NCBI RefSeq assembly: GCF_963921235.1
Contig: NC_086109.1
Coordinates: 19,036,001 to 19,100,000, forward strand
Direction of reading: 5' to 3'
Origin: Mobula hypostoma
Lineage: Eukaryota
Length of the DNA stretch: 64,000 nucleotides
Notes under the pieces: generated by a model
The model's input: the letters and a program-made list of their open reading frames with translations, nothing else
Databases searched by the model: none
Told to the model about the DNA's origin: nothing
Shown: positions 10,471 through 23,700 of the stretch, piece by piece
How the letters are laid out: every line of letters starts with the position of its first letter
How positions within the stretch are numbered: position 1 is the first letter of the stretch
Position numbers and translations under genes: made by a program

Positions 10471-13360
10471 GTGAAAGAAGTGCATGGAGTAAAGCCAGAT
10501 CTAACATATAGAGAGGGTTTGAGGAAAGAGAAGCAGAATAAATGGTGTAAAGACAGTAAGGTAGAAGGGCTGAAGTGTGTATACCTCAATGCAAGAAGCA
10601 TCAGGAACAAAGGTGATGAACTGAGAGCTTGGATACATACATGGAATTATGATGTAGTGGCCATTACAGAGACTTGGCTGGCACCAGGGCAAGAATGGAT
10701 TCTCAATATTCCTGGATTTCAGTGCTTTAAAAGGGATAGAGAGGGGGGGGAAAGGGGAGGAGGGGTGGCATTACTGGTCAGGGACACTATTACAGCTACA
10801 GAAAGGTTGGGTAATGTAGCAGGATCCTCTTTGAGTCAGTATGGGTGGAAGTCAGGAACAGGAAGGGAGCTGTTACTCTATTGGGGGTATTCTATAGGCC
10901 CCCTGGTAGCAGCAGAGCTACAGAGGAGCAGATTGGGAGGCAGATTTTGAAAAGGTGCAAAAATAACAGGGTTGTTATCATGGGTGACTTTAACTTCCTT
11001 AATATTGATTGGCACCTGATTAGATCCAAGGGTTTAGATGGGGCAGAGTTTGTTAAGTGTGTCCAGGATGGATTCTTGTCACAGTATTGTGGACAGACCG
11101 ACTAGGGGGAATGCCATACTAGATCTAGTACTAGGTAACGAACTGGGTCAGGTCACAGATCTCTCAGTGGGTGAGCATCTGGGGGACAGTGACCACCACT
11201 CCCTGGCCTTCAGCATTATCATGGAAAAGGATAGAATCAGAGAGGACAGGAAAATTTTAATTGGAGAAGGGCAAATTATGAGGCTACAAGGCTAGAACTT
11301 GTGGGTGTGAATTGGGATGATGTTTTTGCAAGGAAATGTACTATGGACATGTGGTCAATGTTTAGAGATCTCTTGCAGAATGTTAGGGATAAATTTGTCC
11401 CGGTGAGGAAGATAAAGAATGGTAGGGTGAAGGAACCATGGGTGACAAGAGAGGTGGAAAATCTAGTCAGGTTGAAGAAGGCAGCATACATGAGGTTTGA
11501 GAAGCAAGGATCAGAGGGGTCTATTGAGGAATATAGGGAAGCAAGAAAGGAGCTTAAGAAGGGGCTGAGAAGAGCAAGAAGGGGGCATGAGAAGGCCTTG
11601 GCGAGTAGGATAAAGGAAAACCCCAAGGCATTCTTCAATTATGTGAAGAAAAAAGGATGACAGGAGTGAAGGTAGGACCGATTAGAGATAAACGTGGGAA
11701 GATGTGCCTGGAGGCTGTAGAAGTGAGTGAGGTCCTCAATGAATACTTCTCTTCGGTATTCACCAATGAGAGGGAACTTGATGATGGTGAGAACAATATG
11801 AGTGAGGTTGATGTTCTGGAGCATTTTGATATTAAGGGAGAGGAGGTGTTGGAGTTGTTAAAATACATTAGGACGGATAAGTCCCTGGGGTCTGACGGAA
11901 TATTCCCCAGGCTGCTCCACGAGACAAGGGAAGAGATTGCTGAGCCTCTGGCTAGGATCTTTACGTCCTCGTTGTCCAAGGGAATGGTACCGGAGGATTG
12001 GAGGGAGGCAAATGTTGTTCCCTTGTTCAAAAAAGGTAGTAGGTATAGTCCGGGTAATTATAGACCAGTGAGTCTTAAGTCTGTGGTGGGAAAGCTGTTG
12101 GAAAAGATTCTTAGAGATAGGATCTATGGGCATTTAGAGAATCATGGTCTGATGAGGGACAGTCAGCATGGCTTTGTGAAGGGGAGATCGTGTCTAACAA
12201 GCCTGATAGAGTTCTTTGAGGAGGTGACCAGGTAATTAGATGAGGGTAGTGCAGTGGATGTGATCTATATGGATTTTAGTAAGGCATTTGACAAGATTCC
12301 ACACGGTAGGCTTATTCAGAAAGTCAGAAGGCATGGGATCCAGGGAAGTTTGGCCAGGTGGATTGAGAATTGGCTTGCCTACAGAAGGCAGAGGGTCGTG
12401 GTGGAGGGAGTACATTCAGATTGGAGGATTGTGACTAGTGGTGTCCCACAAGGATCTGTTCTGGGACTTGTACTTTTCGTGATTTTTAATAATGACCTGG
12501 ATGTGGGGGTAGAAGGGTGGGTTGGCAACTTTGCAAACGACACAAAGGTTGGTAGTATTGTAGATAGTGTGGAGGATTGTTGAAGACTGCAGAGAGAGAT
12601 TGATAGGATGCAGAAGTGGGCTGAGAAGTGGCAGATGGAGTTCAACCCGGAGAAGTATGAGGTGGTACACTTTGGAAGGACAAACTCCAAGGCAGAGTAC
12701 AAAGTAAATGGCAGGATGCTTGGTAGTGTGGAGGAGCAGAGGGATCTGGGGGTACATGTCCACAGATCCCTGAAAGTTGCCTCACAAGTGGATAGGGTGG
12801 TTAAGAAAGCTTATAGGGTGTTAGCTTTCAAAAGTCGAGGGATAGAGTTTAAGAGTCGCGATGTAATGATGCAGCTCTATAAAACTCTGGTTAGGCCACA
12901 CTTGGAGTACTGTGTCCAGTTCTGGTTGCCTCACTATAGGAAGGATGTGGAAGCATTGGAAAGGGTACAGAGGAGGTTTACCAGGATGCTGCCTGGTTTA
13001 GAGAGTATGCATTATGATCAGAGATTAAGGGAGCTAGGGCTTTACTCTTTGGAGAGAAGGAGGATGAGAGGAGACATGATAGAGGTGTACAAGATAATAA
13101 GAGGAATAGATAGAGTGGATAGCCAGAGCCTCTTCTCCAGGGCACCACTGCTCAATACAAGAGGACATGGCTTTAAGGTAAGGGGTGGGAACTTCAAGGG
13201 GGATATTAGAGGAAGGTTTTTTACTCAGAGAGTGGTTGGTGCATGGAATGCACTGCCTGAGTCAGTGGTGGAGGCAGATACACTAGTGAAGTTTAAGAGA
13301 CTACTAGACAGGTATATGGAGGAATTTAAGGTGCGGCGTTATATAGGAGGCAGGGTTTGA
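10471..13360 (+). pseudogene. CR1 ORF2 endonuclease-reverse transcriptase (disrupted)
   Basis: YLNARS, ITETWL, MGDFN, SDH, NYRPVSL, QHGF, DFSKAFD, GVPQGSVLG, FANDTK (from FADD); four 1-bp frameshifts; stops at 12233 and 12581. Confidence 0.95.
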
Positions 13361-13479
13361 GGGTCAGCACAACATTGTGGGCCGAATGGGCCTGTACTGT
13401 GCTATCTTCTATGTTCTATTAAGACAAGTGAAATGAATGGAAAACTACCAAAGAAGACAGTATGCTGTAAATTGCATGG

Positions 13480-13860
13480 TTTTAAGAAGCAGTGTAGGGA
13501 GATCTCAGTGACCCCAGTATAAAATAGCAACAGAGAGCTTTTGTATGCAGAGAATAGGAGACGGGAAATCTTTCAAATTGTTAGAGGAATATGATTAGGT
13601 GGTTTGAGAAAAAAGCAGAAATTTCATGATTTTAAAGTGGTAGAGAACGTGAACAAAGAAGTCATGTTAAACTTCATAAATCGCTTGTTAGATCTCAGCT
13701 GGATTTATTGTGGATGGCCCTGGGTACAATACTTTAGGAAAGATTTCAAGGTCTTCGAATGGCCAAGGAAGAGATTTGGCAGCAGGTTGTTAGCAATCAA
13801 CAAATTCATTTATAAGAAGTTGAAAAACCTTGGGCTATTCTCTTTGGAACCAACAAAACC
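13480..13860 (+). mobile_element. Ancient CR1 ORF2 remnant
   Basis: YFRKDFKVFE...RF...KLKNLGLFSLE resembles YRKDVEALERVQRRF...RLRELGLYSLE. Confidence 0.55.
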
Positions 13861-14189
13861 AAACTGTTTCCAGCTTTTTGATGCTTGCATGGCAGATTCT
13901 ATCCCTTCTAACAAATAGATTAATAACCGAAAGGCTGTGTTGTTAATATGATTGGGAAACATCAAAGAAATTCTTCTCACTGACTTTTTGGGATTTGGAT
14001 CACTTTTGGCTGATTCCCAAAAAACGTCAAAAGGAAATTGGCTGGGTAAACAAGGAACTTAGAGGTTCAAGGACAGAATGTGCATTGTCGAGTTAACCTT
14101 GTCTGTTCCTATTGATGAGCTAACACAGACTATAAATGGCTTCTTTCTTCAGTGCTGTAAATGGTGATGAGTCTGGATAAGTGTCATTC

Positions 14190-14664
14190 TGTCATGGTGT
14201 GCGCTCACAGGACTGGACATGATTATGGAGGAACGGCAGGCCCTCTCTGTCACAGCAGTTGCAGACACCGACTTAACCCAGGTGTGCCAGAAAGGCGGCC
14301 TCAGTCATGGGAAGTGCTGCCAATGACTCAGCTTCAGGAGCAGAGCGTGGTAGAATATCCAAAAAGAGATGGAAACAAGAGGTTAGACATAAAAATACCA
14401 TCAGAGGAACGGCTGAGCGATGCTGTGAGACAAATCATTCTCTCCAACACAATGGCTCCACCAAGGCACTAAACAAGAGTCCTCTTTAAATAATCACAAA
14501 ATGCAGAAAACCCGTGCCAGTCACAATTAACTCGACAAGATTAAACTGAAAGCACAAGGGCTTAATGGCTCTAGTTAAGATAACTATTAGTAAATAGAGG
14601 TATGCAAGAACCCTTGAAGCTCAAAGCTCTACGGCAAGTTGCAAATGCCACAGGGCTCATGACA
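14190..14664 (-). mobile_element. Solo LTR, same family as the element at 51129
   Basis: TGTCATG...CATGACA termini; TSD CATTC/CACTC (1 mismatch); shares caggactggac, ctctctgtcac and gctctacggcaag with the LTRs at 51129 and 52003. Confidence 0.8.
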
Positions 14665-15009
14665 CACTCAAGTTAAACAAATTAAACAGAGTAAAACACT
14701 GATTTGTGACTCTGATGAAATGTCACTGATAGATCCCTTCTGATCCCAGAGCATCCAGTTATGCTGCAGATGAGTTGTGCCAATGGATTGGAAGGTATGG
14801 TCTACATCAGTACAAGCTGGATTAAGCTACTTACAGCTCAGATTCTTCCAATGTAACCAGAATAAATCTAATGATTTCAACCTAGTATCTGTTCTTTGTT
14901 CATTCTATGACTTGGACATTCATTTATAAGGTTAGCATTTATTAACAAACCCAAATTATCTCCAAGAATGTTATATTGAAGTAGCTTATGAACTAGCATC
15001 CATCCTTAA

Positions 15010-15552
15010 AAACACGCACCAACCAGGACATGTCCTCTTCTCATTGCTATCATCAGGAAGGAGGTGCAGGAGCCTGAAGGCACAAACTCAGCGATTCAGG
15101 AACAGCTTCTTCCCCTCTAAATGAACATTGAACCCGTGAATACTGTGGTAAACCATATATATATATATGTTGTGACTGGGTTAACTGCCTGGACACGCCC
15201 CTCTGCTGACTCCCGCTGTGGCTCCTCCCACAGAGTCCTGTATAAAGGCGTCTCGCCTTGCCCCTCCCCCTCAGTCCGGGGGCAGTCACTCACCGTGGAG
15301 GTCATATTGTACAGCGAATAAAAGCCTTTCAGTATTTTACCAAACCTCAGTCTTTTGGAGTTATTGAAGGTGCTTCAAATACTACCTCACTTTTTAAAAA
15401 ATTTCTGTTTTCGCACAACTTATTTTAACTTAACAATTTAATATACATAAATATATAGTTACTGTAATTCTTTTTTTTCCTATATTTATCATGTATTGCA
15501 TTGTACTGCTGCTGCAAAGTTAACAAGTTTCATGATATATGCTGGTGATTCT
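15010..15552 (+). mobile_element. Rex1/Babar 3' fragment interrupted by a solo LTR
   Basis: HQPGHVLFSLLSSGRRCRSLKAQTQRFRNSFFP C-terminal motif; the 3' UTR resumes after 15382. Confidence 0.75.
15144..15377 (+). mobile_element. Solo LTR (234 bp)
   Basis: TG...CA termini; perfect TSD AATAC (15139-15143, 15378-15382); TATAAA at 15241 and AATAAA at 15317. Confidence 0.85.
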
Positions 15553-15639
15553 GAACCATTACCATAATTGTGGTAAATTACTTCGAAAATGTTTTCAAGT
15601 TTCCAGAACGTTAACCCGCTGGCAAAGAATCAACACCAA

Positions 15640-16156
15640 GACTTTTACTCTGACTTGTTCTATGAGTCTGTGGTGGCCAGTGCTATCATGTTTGCTGTTG
15701 TGTGCTGGGGCAGCAGGCTGAGGGTAGCAAACACCAACAGAATCAACAAACTCATTCGTAAGGCCAGTGATGTTGTGGGGATGGAACTGGACTCTCTGAC
15801 GGTGGTGTCTGAAAAGAGGATGCTGTCTAAGTTGCATGCCATCTTGGTCAATGTCTCCCATCCACTACATAATGTACTGGGTGGGCACAGGAGTACATTC
15901 AACCAGAGACTCATTCCACTGAGATGCAGCACAGACGTCATAGGAAGTCATTCCTGCCTGTGGCCATCAAACTTTACAACTCCTCCCTTGGAGGGTCAGA
16001 CACCCTGAGCCGATAGGCTGGTCCTGGACTTATTTCATAATTTACATATTACTATTTAACTATTTATGATCCTATTACTATTTATTATTTATGGTGCAAC
16101 TGTAATGAAAACCAATTTCCCCCGGGATCAATAAAGTATGACTATGACTATGACTA
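15640..16156 (+). mobile_element. Rex1/Babar LINE 3' end (young, 5'-truncated)
   Basis: FYESVVASAIMFAVVCWG...LNKLIRKAS-type...SHPLH; AATAAA and an (ATGACT)n tail. Confidence 0.9.
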
Positions 16157-16268
16157 CATTCAGTGCTGATGAAGGCTCTCAGCCTGAAATGTCAAAAGTT
16201 TATTCCTTTCCACAGATGCTGTCTTACCTGCTTATTTCCTGCAGCATTCTGTGTCTGTTGCTCCAAAT
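16157..16268 (+). mobile_element. Penelope-like pLTR fragment with decayed hammerhead motif
   Basis: cagtgCTGATGAaggctctcagcctGAAAtgtc followed by agatgctg...cagcattctgtgt. Confidence 0.7.
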
Positions 16269-16567
16269 CAGGATAGTGTATCACCTAGAAATAAGGGTTT
16301 CCCATGCATTTTTTTTTCATCTTCTGGATAGCAGAAGCTATGGATTGGGAGGTATGTTGTTCAAGAAGTCTTGATTACTTGCTACGGTGCATCTTATGGT
16401 TAGTATACAACCCATTGTTCTTTGGTAGAGGGCTGAATATTTAACACTGTTTATTGGTTGCTGATCGAGCATATTCCTTGTTTTAGCTGCCAATGTGTTG
16501 CTGGAGCTGTGTATAACCTAGAGGGTGGGGAGTATTCTTTTATGGTCTGGACTTGACACACAGCATT

Positions 16568-17940
16568 GAATCAGAATCAGGGTTATTATCCCCGTCTAAT
16601 ATGATGTGATATTTATTGTTTTCCAGCAAAAGAGCGGGCAAAGACATAAAATTACCATAAATTACAAAATAAATAAATAGTGCAAATAAAAGAAATAACA
16701 AAGCAGTTCATGGAATCATTCAGAAATCTAATCGTGGAGAGGAAGAAGTTGGTACTGAATCATTGAGTATGGGATATCTGGCTCTAGTACCTCCTCCCTG
16801 ATGGTAGTTATGAGAAGAGGGCATGTTCCTGATGGTGAGGGTCCTTAATGATGGATGCTGCCTTCTTGAGACACCACCTTTAAAAGATGTCCTCACTGGT
16901 GAGGAGTGTTTTGCCTCTAATGGAACTGGTTGAGCCTACAATCCTCAGCAGCCACTTATGATCCTGTGCATTGGACCCTCTACACCAGGTGGTGGTATAC
17001 CAGTGGAATGCTCTCTACAGTGCACTTGTTGAAATTTGCTAAGCCACTTGGTACCTACCAAATCTCCTCAAACTCCTGACAAAGTAGAGCCACTGGCACC
17101 TGGCACACCTTCTTTGTGGTTGCTTTACTGCGTCGGACCTCGGACAGATCCTCCAAGGTGTTGACAGCTTGATACTTGAAGCTGCTGAATCCTTCTACCT
17201 CTGATCACTCAGTGAGTTCTCTCAACTTCATCATCATCATCATCATTATGAACTGCACTGTTTGATGTAGGCATAGTTTCATGACCATGATTGTTCTTGG
17301 CCAATTATTCTATAGAAGTGGTTTGCCATTGCCTTCTTCTGGGCAGTGCTTTTACAAGAAGGGTGACCTTAGTCATTATCAATACTTTTGATTTACTCTT
17401 TCTATAACCCACAGTCAGTTCATTGGTTTTGCTCATTTTGAGCATAAGGTTTTTCTTCTGACACCACTGAACCAGCCGATCTACCTCACTCCTGTACACC
17501 CGCTTGTCACCATGGGAGATTTTACCAACAACAGTGGAAACTGCAAATTCACAAATGGTATTTGATCTGTGCTAAGCCGCAGTCACCAGTGTAGAGAAAG
17601 TAGAGCACTGGACTAAGTGCACATCACCGAGGTGCACCTGTGTTGATTGACAGCAAGAAGAAGGTGTTAACACCAATCTTCACCTACTATGATCTCCCAA
17701 TGAAGAAGTCAAGGGTCTTGTTGCAGAGGGAGGCGGAGAGGCCCAGCTGTAGAAGAGTGGTGAACAGTACTTGAGGGTATGTTAGAATTGAATGATGCCC
17801 TGTAATCGATATTGACATGCTGTATGTTTTGCAGTTGCTCCAAAGCAGAGCCAATGAGACTGAATCTGCAGCAGGATCTAGGTCCTTGCTTAGACAAGAA
17901 TTAATTCTAGACATATTCAAACTCCTGAAGCACTTCATTA
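16568..17940 (-). mobile_element. Rex1/Babar LINE RT to 3' UTR fragment (decayed)
   Basis: YRSEVDRLVQWCQKKNLMLKMSKTNELTV; IDYRASFN; tail ctgattctgattc. Confidence 0.85.
17228..17387 (-). mobile_element. RTE/BovB-tail SINE-like fragment nested in Rex1/Babar
   Basis: gaaggcaatggcaaaccacttct motif and a (GAT)n tail; a longer copy lies at 59115-59485. Confidence 0.7.
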
Positions 17941-18336
17941 TGATGTGAGCTCATCCAATAATGTTAACAGAAGTGAAAACAAACTGTTTTCTCTTCAGAT
18001 CCTCTCCAGTTAATATAATATATAACTGTCAGATTCATTTACTTTCTCGTCTTTGGTGATCAGAGGTGTTAATTGTGACGGATTGCAATGAAGTAGTGCC
18101 ATTGGATTTCAAGGGTATTTCCTTGTTTACTCTCTTATTGTAGACGGACATTGTCTGGCACTTATTGTTTGCCACGATATAAATGGAAATCAACATTAAG
18201 TAAGTCTGATCCTGTAATGGAGGGAAAGCTAAGGAATGAACTCATTGTGAACAAGCTATGGACATTACTCTGAGGAACTGGTACATCTTCTGCCCATGGT
18301 GATTTTTGCCATTGATTTTTATTGACTAGTACTAAA

Positions 18337-18745
18337 TTCAAGGTTCAAGATTCAAGATTGTTTAATATCATTTCCAGTACACAAGTGTAATTGTTACTCC
18401 AGATCTGATGCAGCCCAAAAAAAACACAAATAAGTTAAAGAACACGATAATAATAACAATACACAATAAATATAAATACATAAGATAGCTTATATACATA
18501 GTCTGATTGTATGTCCATAAAGTGACACTAGGCACAGGAGTGTCTGTACATAAACTGACTGACAAAAAATTATAAAGTAATGGTGGTTGGGGGTGCGGAA
18601 TGGTGGATTAGTTGGTGGAGATGTTGATCAGCTTTATTGCTTCTGAAAAGTAACTGCTTTTGTGTCTGCTGGTCCCGGCGTGGACCCTACGTAGCCTCCT
18701 CCCTAATGGGAGTGGGACAAACAGTCCAGGAGCAGGGTGGGTGGT
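18337..18745 (-). mobile_element. Rex1/Babar-type 3' fragment
   Basis: LFVPLPLGRRLR-like remnant and tail acaatcttgaatcttgaaccttgaa. Confidence 0.65.
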
Positions 18746-19029
18746 GTCTTGCTTAATTTGCTTACATTTTAAATCTTTACTTTTTCAGTGAATTTGCTAT
18801 GTAAAATCAAAACACTGTACGCATTGGAAATTTGAAATGACAAACAGAATATGCTCTGGGGAGTAAGCAGCACATGTGGAAAGAGCAACAAAGTCAGTGT
18901 TTCAGATTGACAATATTTTTGGATTGAGTAAAGGAGTAAGCAAGTTAGTCACTGTCTACATTTTCCTGCGCATTAATTCTGTCATGCTTTACAGAAATGT
19001 TGACATTTCATAATACTGAGACTCTTTAA

Positions 19030-19470
19030 AGAACCATGCAGTCATGTAGAGTTTAGAAAGAGGCCCTTCAGCCCAAAATGACCATGGTGGCCCTCCACTT
19101 ATCTCTCTGTACTAATTTTGTTTTCAAGCTCTCGAACAAAGATCTTCTGTATTATGGGAATCCAAGTTCTTGTCCACATACTTCTAAATGTTATAAACAG
19201 TACTTGCCCCCACACTTTCTCATGCAATGAGTTTCCGTTCTGACCACCTCCTAGATAAAACAAAACCCTTTAAATTCTTTCTAAACCTCTTATCTCTTAC
19301 CTTAAATCTATGCCTCTGATTTTAACCTCTGCTATGGGGAAAGGTTTTCACTATGTACCATTTCTGACACACAGAGTTTTGTGTATCTTTATCACTCTTT
19401 CTTTTCTCCATCATCCGGGTGAATCTCCTCTGCACCCTTTTCAATGCAATCTCATGCCTTCTTTCTGAAG
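19030..19470 (-). mobile_element. Old CR1 3' fragment
   Basis: aggcatagatttaaggtaagag and gggctgaagggcct motifs on the minus strand. Confidence 0.65.
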
Positions 19471-19801
19471 CTTATCAACGTTTATACATTGTTATTTCCT
19501 GCTTGTACATCGACCTTCTTATGAAGAAGGGCCAATGGCACATTCAAAATATCATTATATTTTTAACAGTGGCAGTTGGCATTTGAATCTTCTGCTTGGG
19601 TAATCATAAAGCATCATTATAAGGTTTATCATAAGGAACTCAGTTGGAAATCAGATTAGAAAAGCGTTAAAAACCCTGAAATCATGTTAACTAAAATATT
19701 TTTAGCAACAACAAGGGTAATGTGATAAAATCTTTGAGTTATACACATCTTTAAAATGGCTACTTTTTACATTATGCGTACACTTCTGTATTTATTGAAC
19801 T

Positions 19802-19884
19802 GCTGCTTTATCTTATTAGTTAGCCATCAAATCAATCCATGATGGCTGGATTGACTTGATGGCTAACTAACAAGGTGAAGCAGC
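19802..19884. repeat. Isolated hairpin: 38-nt arms, 7-nt loop
   Basis: Arms 19802-19839 and 19847-19884 are reverse complements at 34 of 38 positions. Confidence 0.85.
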
Positions 19885-20144
19885 TATTTGCAGAGGGTTA
19901 CAAGTCTGACCATTCTCAGCCACAATGTGACATGTACCTGCATATGAGGTGCTAGATTTGATCTGAGTGTATAAATTAAGCTGTGCCACACAATGGATGG
20001 CACTCAAGAGCATGAAGCATGATTTTAATCACCATTACATTTGTAGGCACATATTGAATCACTCAATTTAGTCCAATAACTGTTGTTTAAGGTTTAGACA
20101 TTTCTTCCCCAGTACACCTTCGGGTGGTGTTTAACATAAATTAC

Positions 20145-20229
20145 CACTGAACCAGTTGAAAAACGGCTCTTCTGACATGATGAGCATGTGAACACAAGTC
20201 TGGAAATTGGGTCAAGTTGGCACATTTTC
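20145..20229 (-). CDS. Candidate host exon (KMCQLDPISRLVFTCSSCQKSRFSTGSV)
   Basis: Acceptor tctctttttttgaatgaattatgcacAG, donor GTG|GTaatt; 85 bp, phase 2-0, bridging exons 24774-24950 and 7618-7746 in frame. Confidence 0.45.
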
Positions 20230-20352
20230 CTGTGCATAATTCATTCAAAAAAAGAGACGCAACATGGACCAGATTCGGCTTATCGTCATTTCTGGGTGAA
20301 ATCACGCCCTTCTGAAATTAGATCATTTTGTAAGTTCTGTATAATCTACATT

Positions 20353-20666
20353 GTGTGAGCACGTGGCCAGCTGGTTAAGGCATTGGACTAGCTACCTGAA
20401 GGTCGTGAGTTCAAGCCCTAGCCAAGGGAACGTGCTGTGTCCTTGAGCAAGGCACTTAATCACACATTGCTCTGCGACCACACTGGTGCCAAGCTGTATG
20501 GGTCCTAATGCCCTTCCCTTGGACAACATCGGTGTCATGGAGAGGGGAGACTTGCAGCATGGGCAACTGCTGGTCTTCCATACAACCTTGCCCAGGCCTG
20601 CGCCCTGGAGAGTGAAGATTTTCCAGGCGCAGATCCACGGTCTCGCAAGACTAATGGATGCATTTA
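20353..20666 (+). mobile_element. tRNA-derived SINE with RTE-like 3' half, copy 1
   Basis: A box tggccagctgg, B box gagttcaagccc; 13-bp TSD TATAATCTACATT (20340-20352, 20667-20679); copies at 27777 and 48858. Confidence 0.9.
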
Positions 20667-20752
20667 TATAATCTACATTAACTTAAGTTCATGCGAACTT
20701 ATGTTTGTTGTTGTCTTGCAATGTTCTAAGTGTCTCTGCTGCAGAAAGTAGT

Positions 20753-23700
20753 GGGTGGCATGGTAGCATAGTACTCAGCAGCTGGTGTAACGCTACTAGA
20801 GTGCCAGTGACCTAGATTCAATTCTACCATTGTTTATTTTTTGTTTCAATCTCTTTCTCTCTCATTGCACAGTTAGAGCAGTGGGGGTGAGAGATGGGAT
20901 AGTGGAATGCTCCTCTTGTGGGATGCGGGATGGCAGGAAGGGAGACCTCCAATGTCCCTGATGGCTACATCTGCAAGGAGTGCATCCAGTTGCAGCTTCT
21001 TTCAGGCTGTGTTAAGGAGCTGGATGATTTTGGGAGATTCGGGAGATTGAGGTATTGATCAGCAGGGCTTACATGGAGGTAGTTACACCAAAGGTGCAAG
21101 GCACAGGGCAAGGGGTGACTGTCAGGAGTGGGAGTTGGGATAGGCAGCCAGTGCAGGGCACCCCTGTAGCCATTCCCCTCAATAATAAATGACCTAGCAG
21201 AGGAAAACCATAGCGGTCAGGTCTCTGACTTTGTGGCTTAGAAGGGAAAGGGGGGAGAAGAGGCATGCTATTTTGATAAGGGATTTATTGGTTAAAGAAA
21301 TAGACAGGAGACTCAGTGGATGAGAATGAGATTCCCAGATGGTATGTTGCCTCCTGGGTGCCAGGATCAGGGAGATCTCAGATCGAGTCCATAACATTCT
21401 TAAGTGGGAGCGTGAATAGAATAGCCAGAGGTTGTGGTCCACACCAGTATCAATAACATGGGTAGGAAGGGTGACAGGACTTCCTGGGTTGTGATCTCAG
21501 GATTGCTAACCCATGCCATGTGCTATTGAGACCAGAAACAGGAAGATCCTACAGCTTAACACATGCCTAACGAGTTGGTGCAGGAGGGAGGACTTCAGAT
21601 TTTTAGATCATTGGGCACTCTTCCAGGGAAGGTGGGACCTATTCAGAGGGGACAGTTTGCATCTGCACTGGAGGGAGGCTAATATCCTTGCAAGAAGGTT
21701 TGTTAGTGCTGCATGGGGGTGGGAGTGGGGTGGGGGGCACGGTGGAGAGTTAAACTGGAGCTGCAGGGGGATGTGAACCAGAACTCCAGACCAGATAGTG
21801 GAGTTGTTCTTAGGAAAGATATTGTTAAGACTATGTAGAAAGTCAGGAATCAAAAGGTTGAGAATGTTAGGACTAACGTCCTGAATTGTGTATATTTCAA
21901 TGCAAGGTGTATTGTAGGAAAGGTGGGTAGGCTTAGGGCATAAATTAGCGCACTGAATTATGACATTGTAGCCATTAGTGAGACATGGTTGCAGGAGGGG
22001 TAGAACTGACAGCTCAATGTTCTGGGATTCCATTGTTTTAGATGTGATAAAGCAGGAGGATTAAGGGTGGAAGAGTGGCATTACTAGTCAGGGAAAATGT
22101 CATAGCAGTGCTCAGACAAGGCAGGCTGGAGAGCTGATCTACTGGGGTTATATGGGTGAAACTGATGAATGAGAAAGATATGATCACATTAATGAGATTA
22201 TATTATAGACCACCCAACAGTCAGTGGGACTTAGAGTTGCAATTTGTGGAGAGATCAGGTACTGTTGCAAGAAACATAAGGCTATTTTATAGGTGAATTT
22301 AACTTTCCACATACTGACTGGGACTCCCATACTGTAAAAGGACTAGATATGATACAGTTTTTCAAATGTGTCCTTAATCATCACATAGAAGTCCTAATGT
22401 GAGAGTGTGCAATACTTGATCTCCTATTTGGGAATGAGACAGGACAGGTGACAGAATTTTGTGTAGGGGTACACTTAGCATCTAGTTTTCATAACACCAT
22501 TAGCCTCAAGATAATTATGAAGGATCTGGACCTTGAGTTGAGATTTTAAATTGGAGAAAATCCAGTTTTTATTGTATCAGAAAGCATCTGACAAGCGTTG
22601 ATTGGAACAGGTTGGTTTCTGCCAAAGATTTATTTGGTAAGTCGGAGGCTTTCAAAAGTGAAATTTAGAGAATACAGAGTTTGTATATTCCTGTCAGAAT
22701 AAAAGGCAAGAATAAGGGGTTTAGGGAACCTTGGTTTTCAAGAGAGATTGAGATTCTGGTTAAGAAGCAGAAGAAGGAGGTGCTTAACAGATATAGGCAG
22801 GAAGGAGCAAATGAGGTACTTGTAGGAAATGCAAGAGAACAGTCAGAAAAGAAATCAGGAGGGCTAAAAGGGCTAAAAAAAGTTGCTCTAGCAGACAAGG
22901 TAAAAGAGACTCCTAAAGGCTTCTACAGACACATTAAGAGCAAAGGACTAGAAAGGGACAAAACTGGTCCTCTGGAAAATCAGGGTGGTCAACTATACAT
23001 AGAATTAAATGGGATAGGGGAGACTTTAAATGTTTTTTTTGCATCTGTATTTTCTTAGGCAATGGTCACAGAGACACAAAGTCTATTGAAGTGAATTTGT
23101 GCAGCAGCAAAGGCATGGACCATATATTGATTACAGAGGAGGAGGTATTTGCTGTTTTGAGGCAAATTAGGGTGCCTAAATCCCCAGGGCCAGACAAGGC
23201 GATCCCTCGGATCCTGTGAGAAGCTAGTGCAGAAACTGCAGAGGTCATGCCAGAGATATTTAAAGCCTCCTTAGCCATGGATTAGCTGCCAGAGGATTGG
23301 AAGATATCTAATGTTGTTCTGTTGTTTAAGAAAGGCTCTGGGAATAAGCTAGGAAATTATAGGCCACTGAGCATGACATCAGTAGTGGGTAAACTTTTGG
23401 AAGGTATTCCAAGGAACTGGATATATAACAATAGACAGATTGATTAGGGATTGTCAACATGGCTTTGTGCACAGTATGTCATCGAACCAATCTCACTAAG
23501 TTTTTCAAGGAGGCTACAAGGAAAGTAGATGAAGTTAAGGCAGTGGGTATTATCTACATGGTTTCTAGCAAGGCCTTTGGCAAGGTTCCACATGGGGGTT
23601 TGGTCAAGAAGGTTCAGTTGCTTGGCATTCAAGATGAAGTAGTAAATTGGAGTAAACACTGGCTTTGTGGGAGAAGCCAAAGAGTGGTAGTAGTTGGCTG

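Larger units (their letters stand above)
9399..13419 (+). mobile_element. Near full-length CR1 LINE (~4.0 kb)
   Basis: Short 5' UTR, ORF1, ORF2 (APE endonuclease + RT), 3' UTR ending ttctatgttctat. Confidence 0.97.

Noticed and set aside
20456..20671. Near-identical short ORFs at 20456/20486, 27761/27809 and 48882 suggesting a small gene family
   Set aside because: Copies of one tRNA-SINE with TSDs
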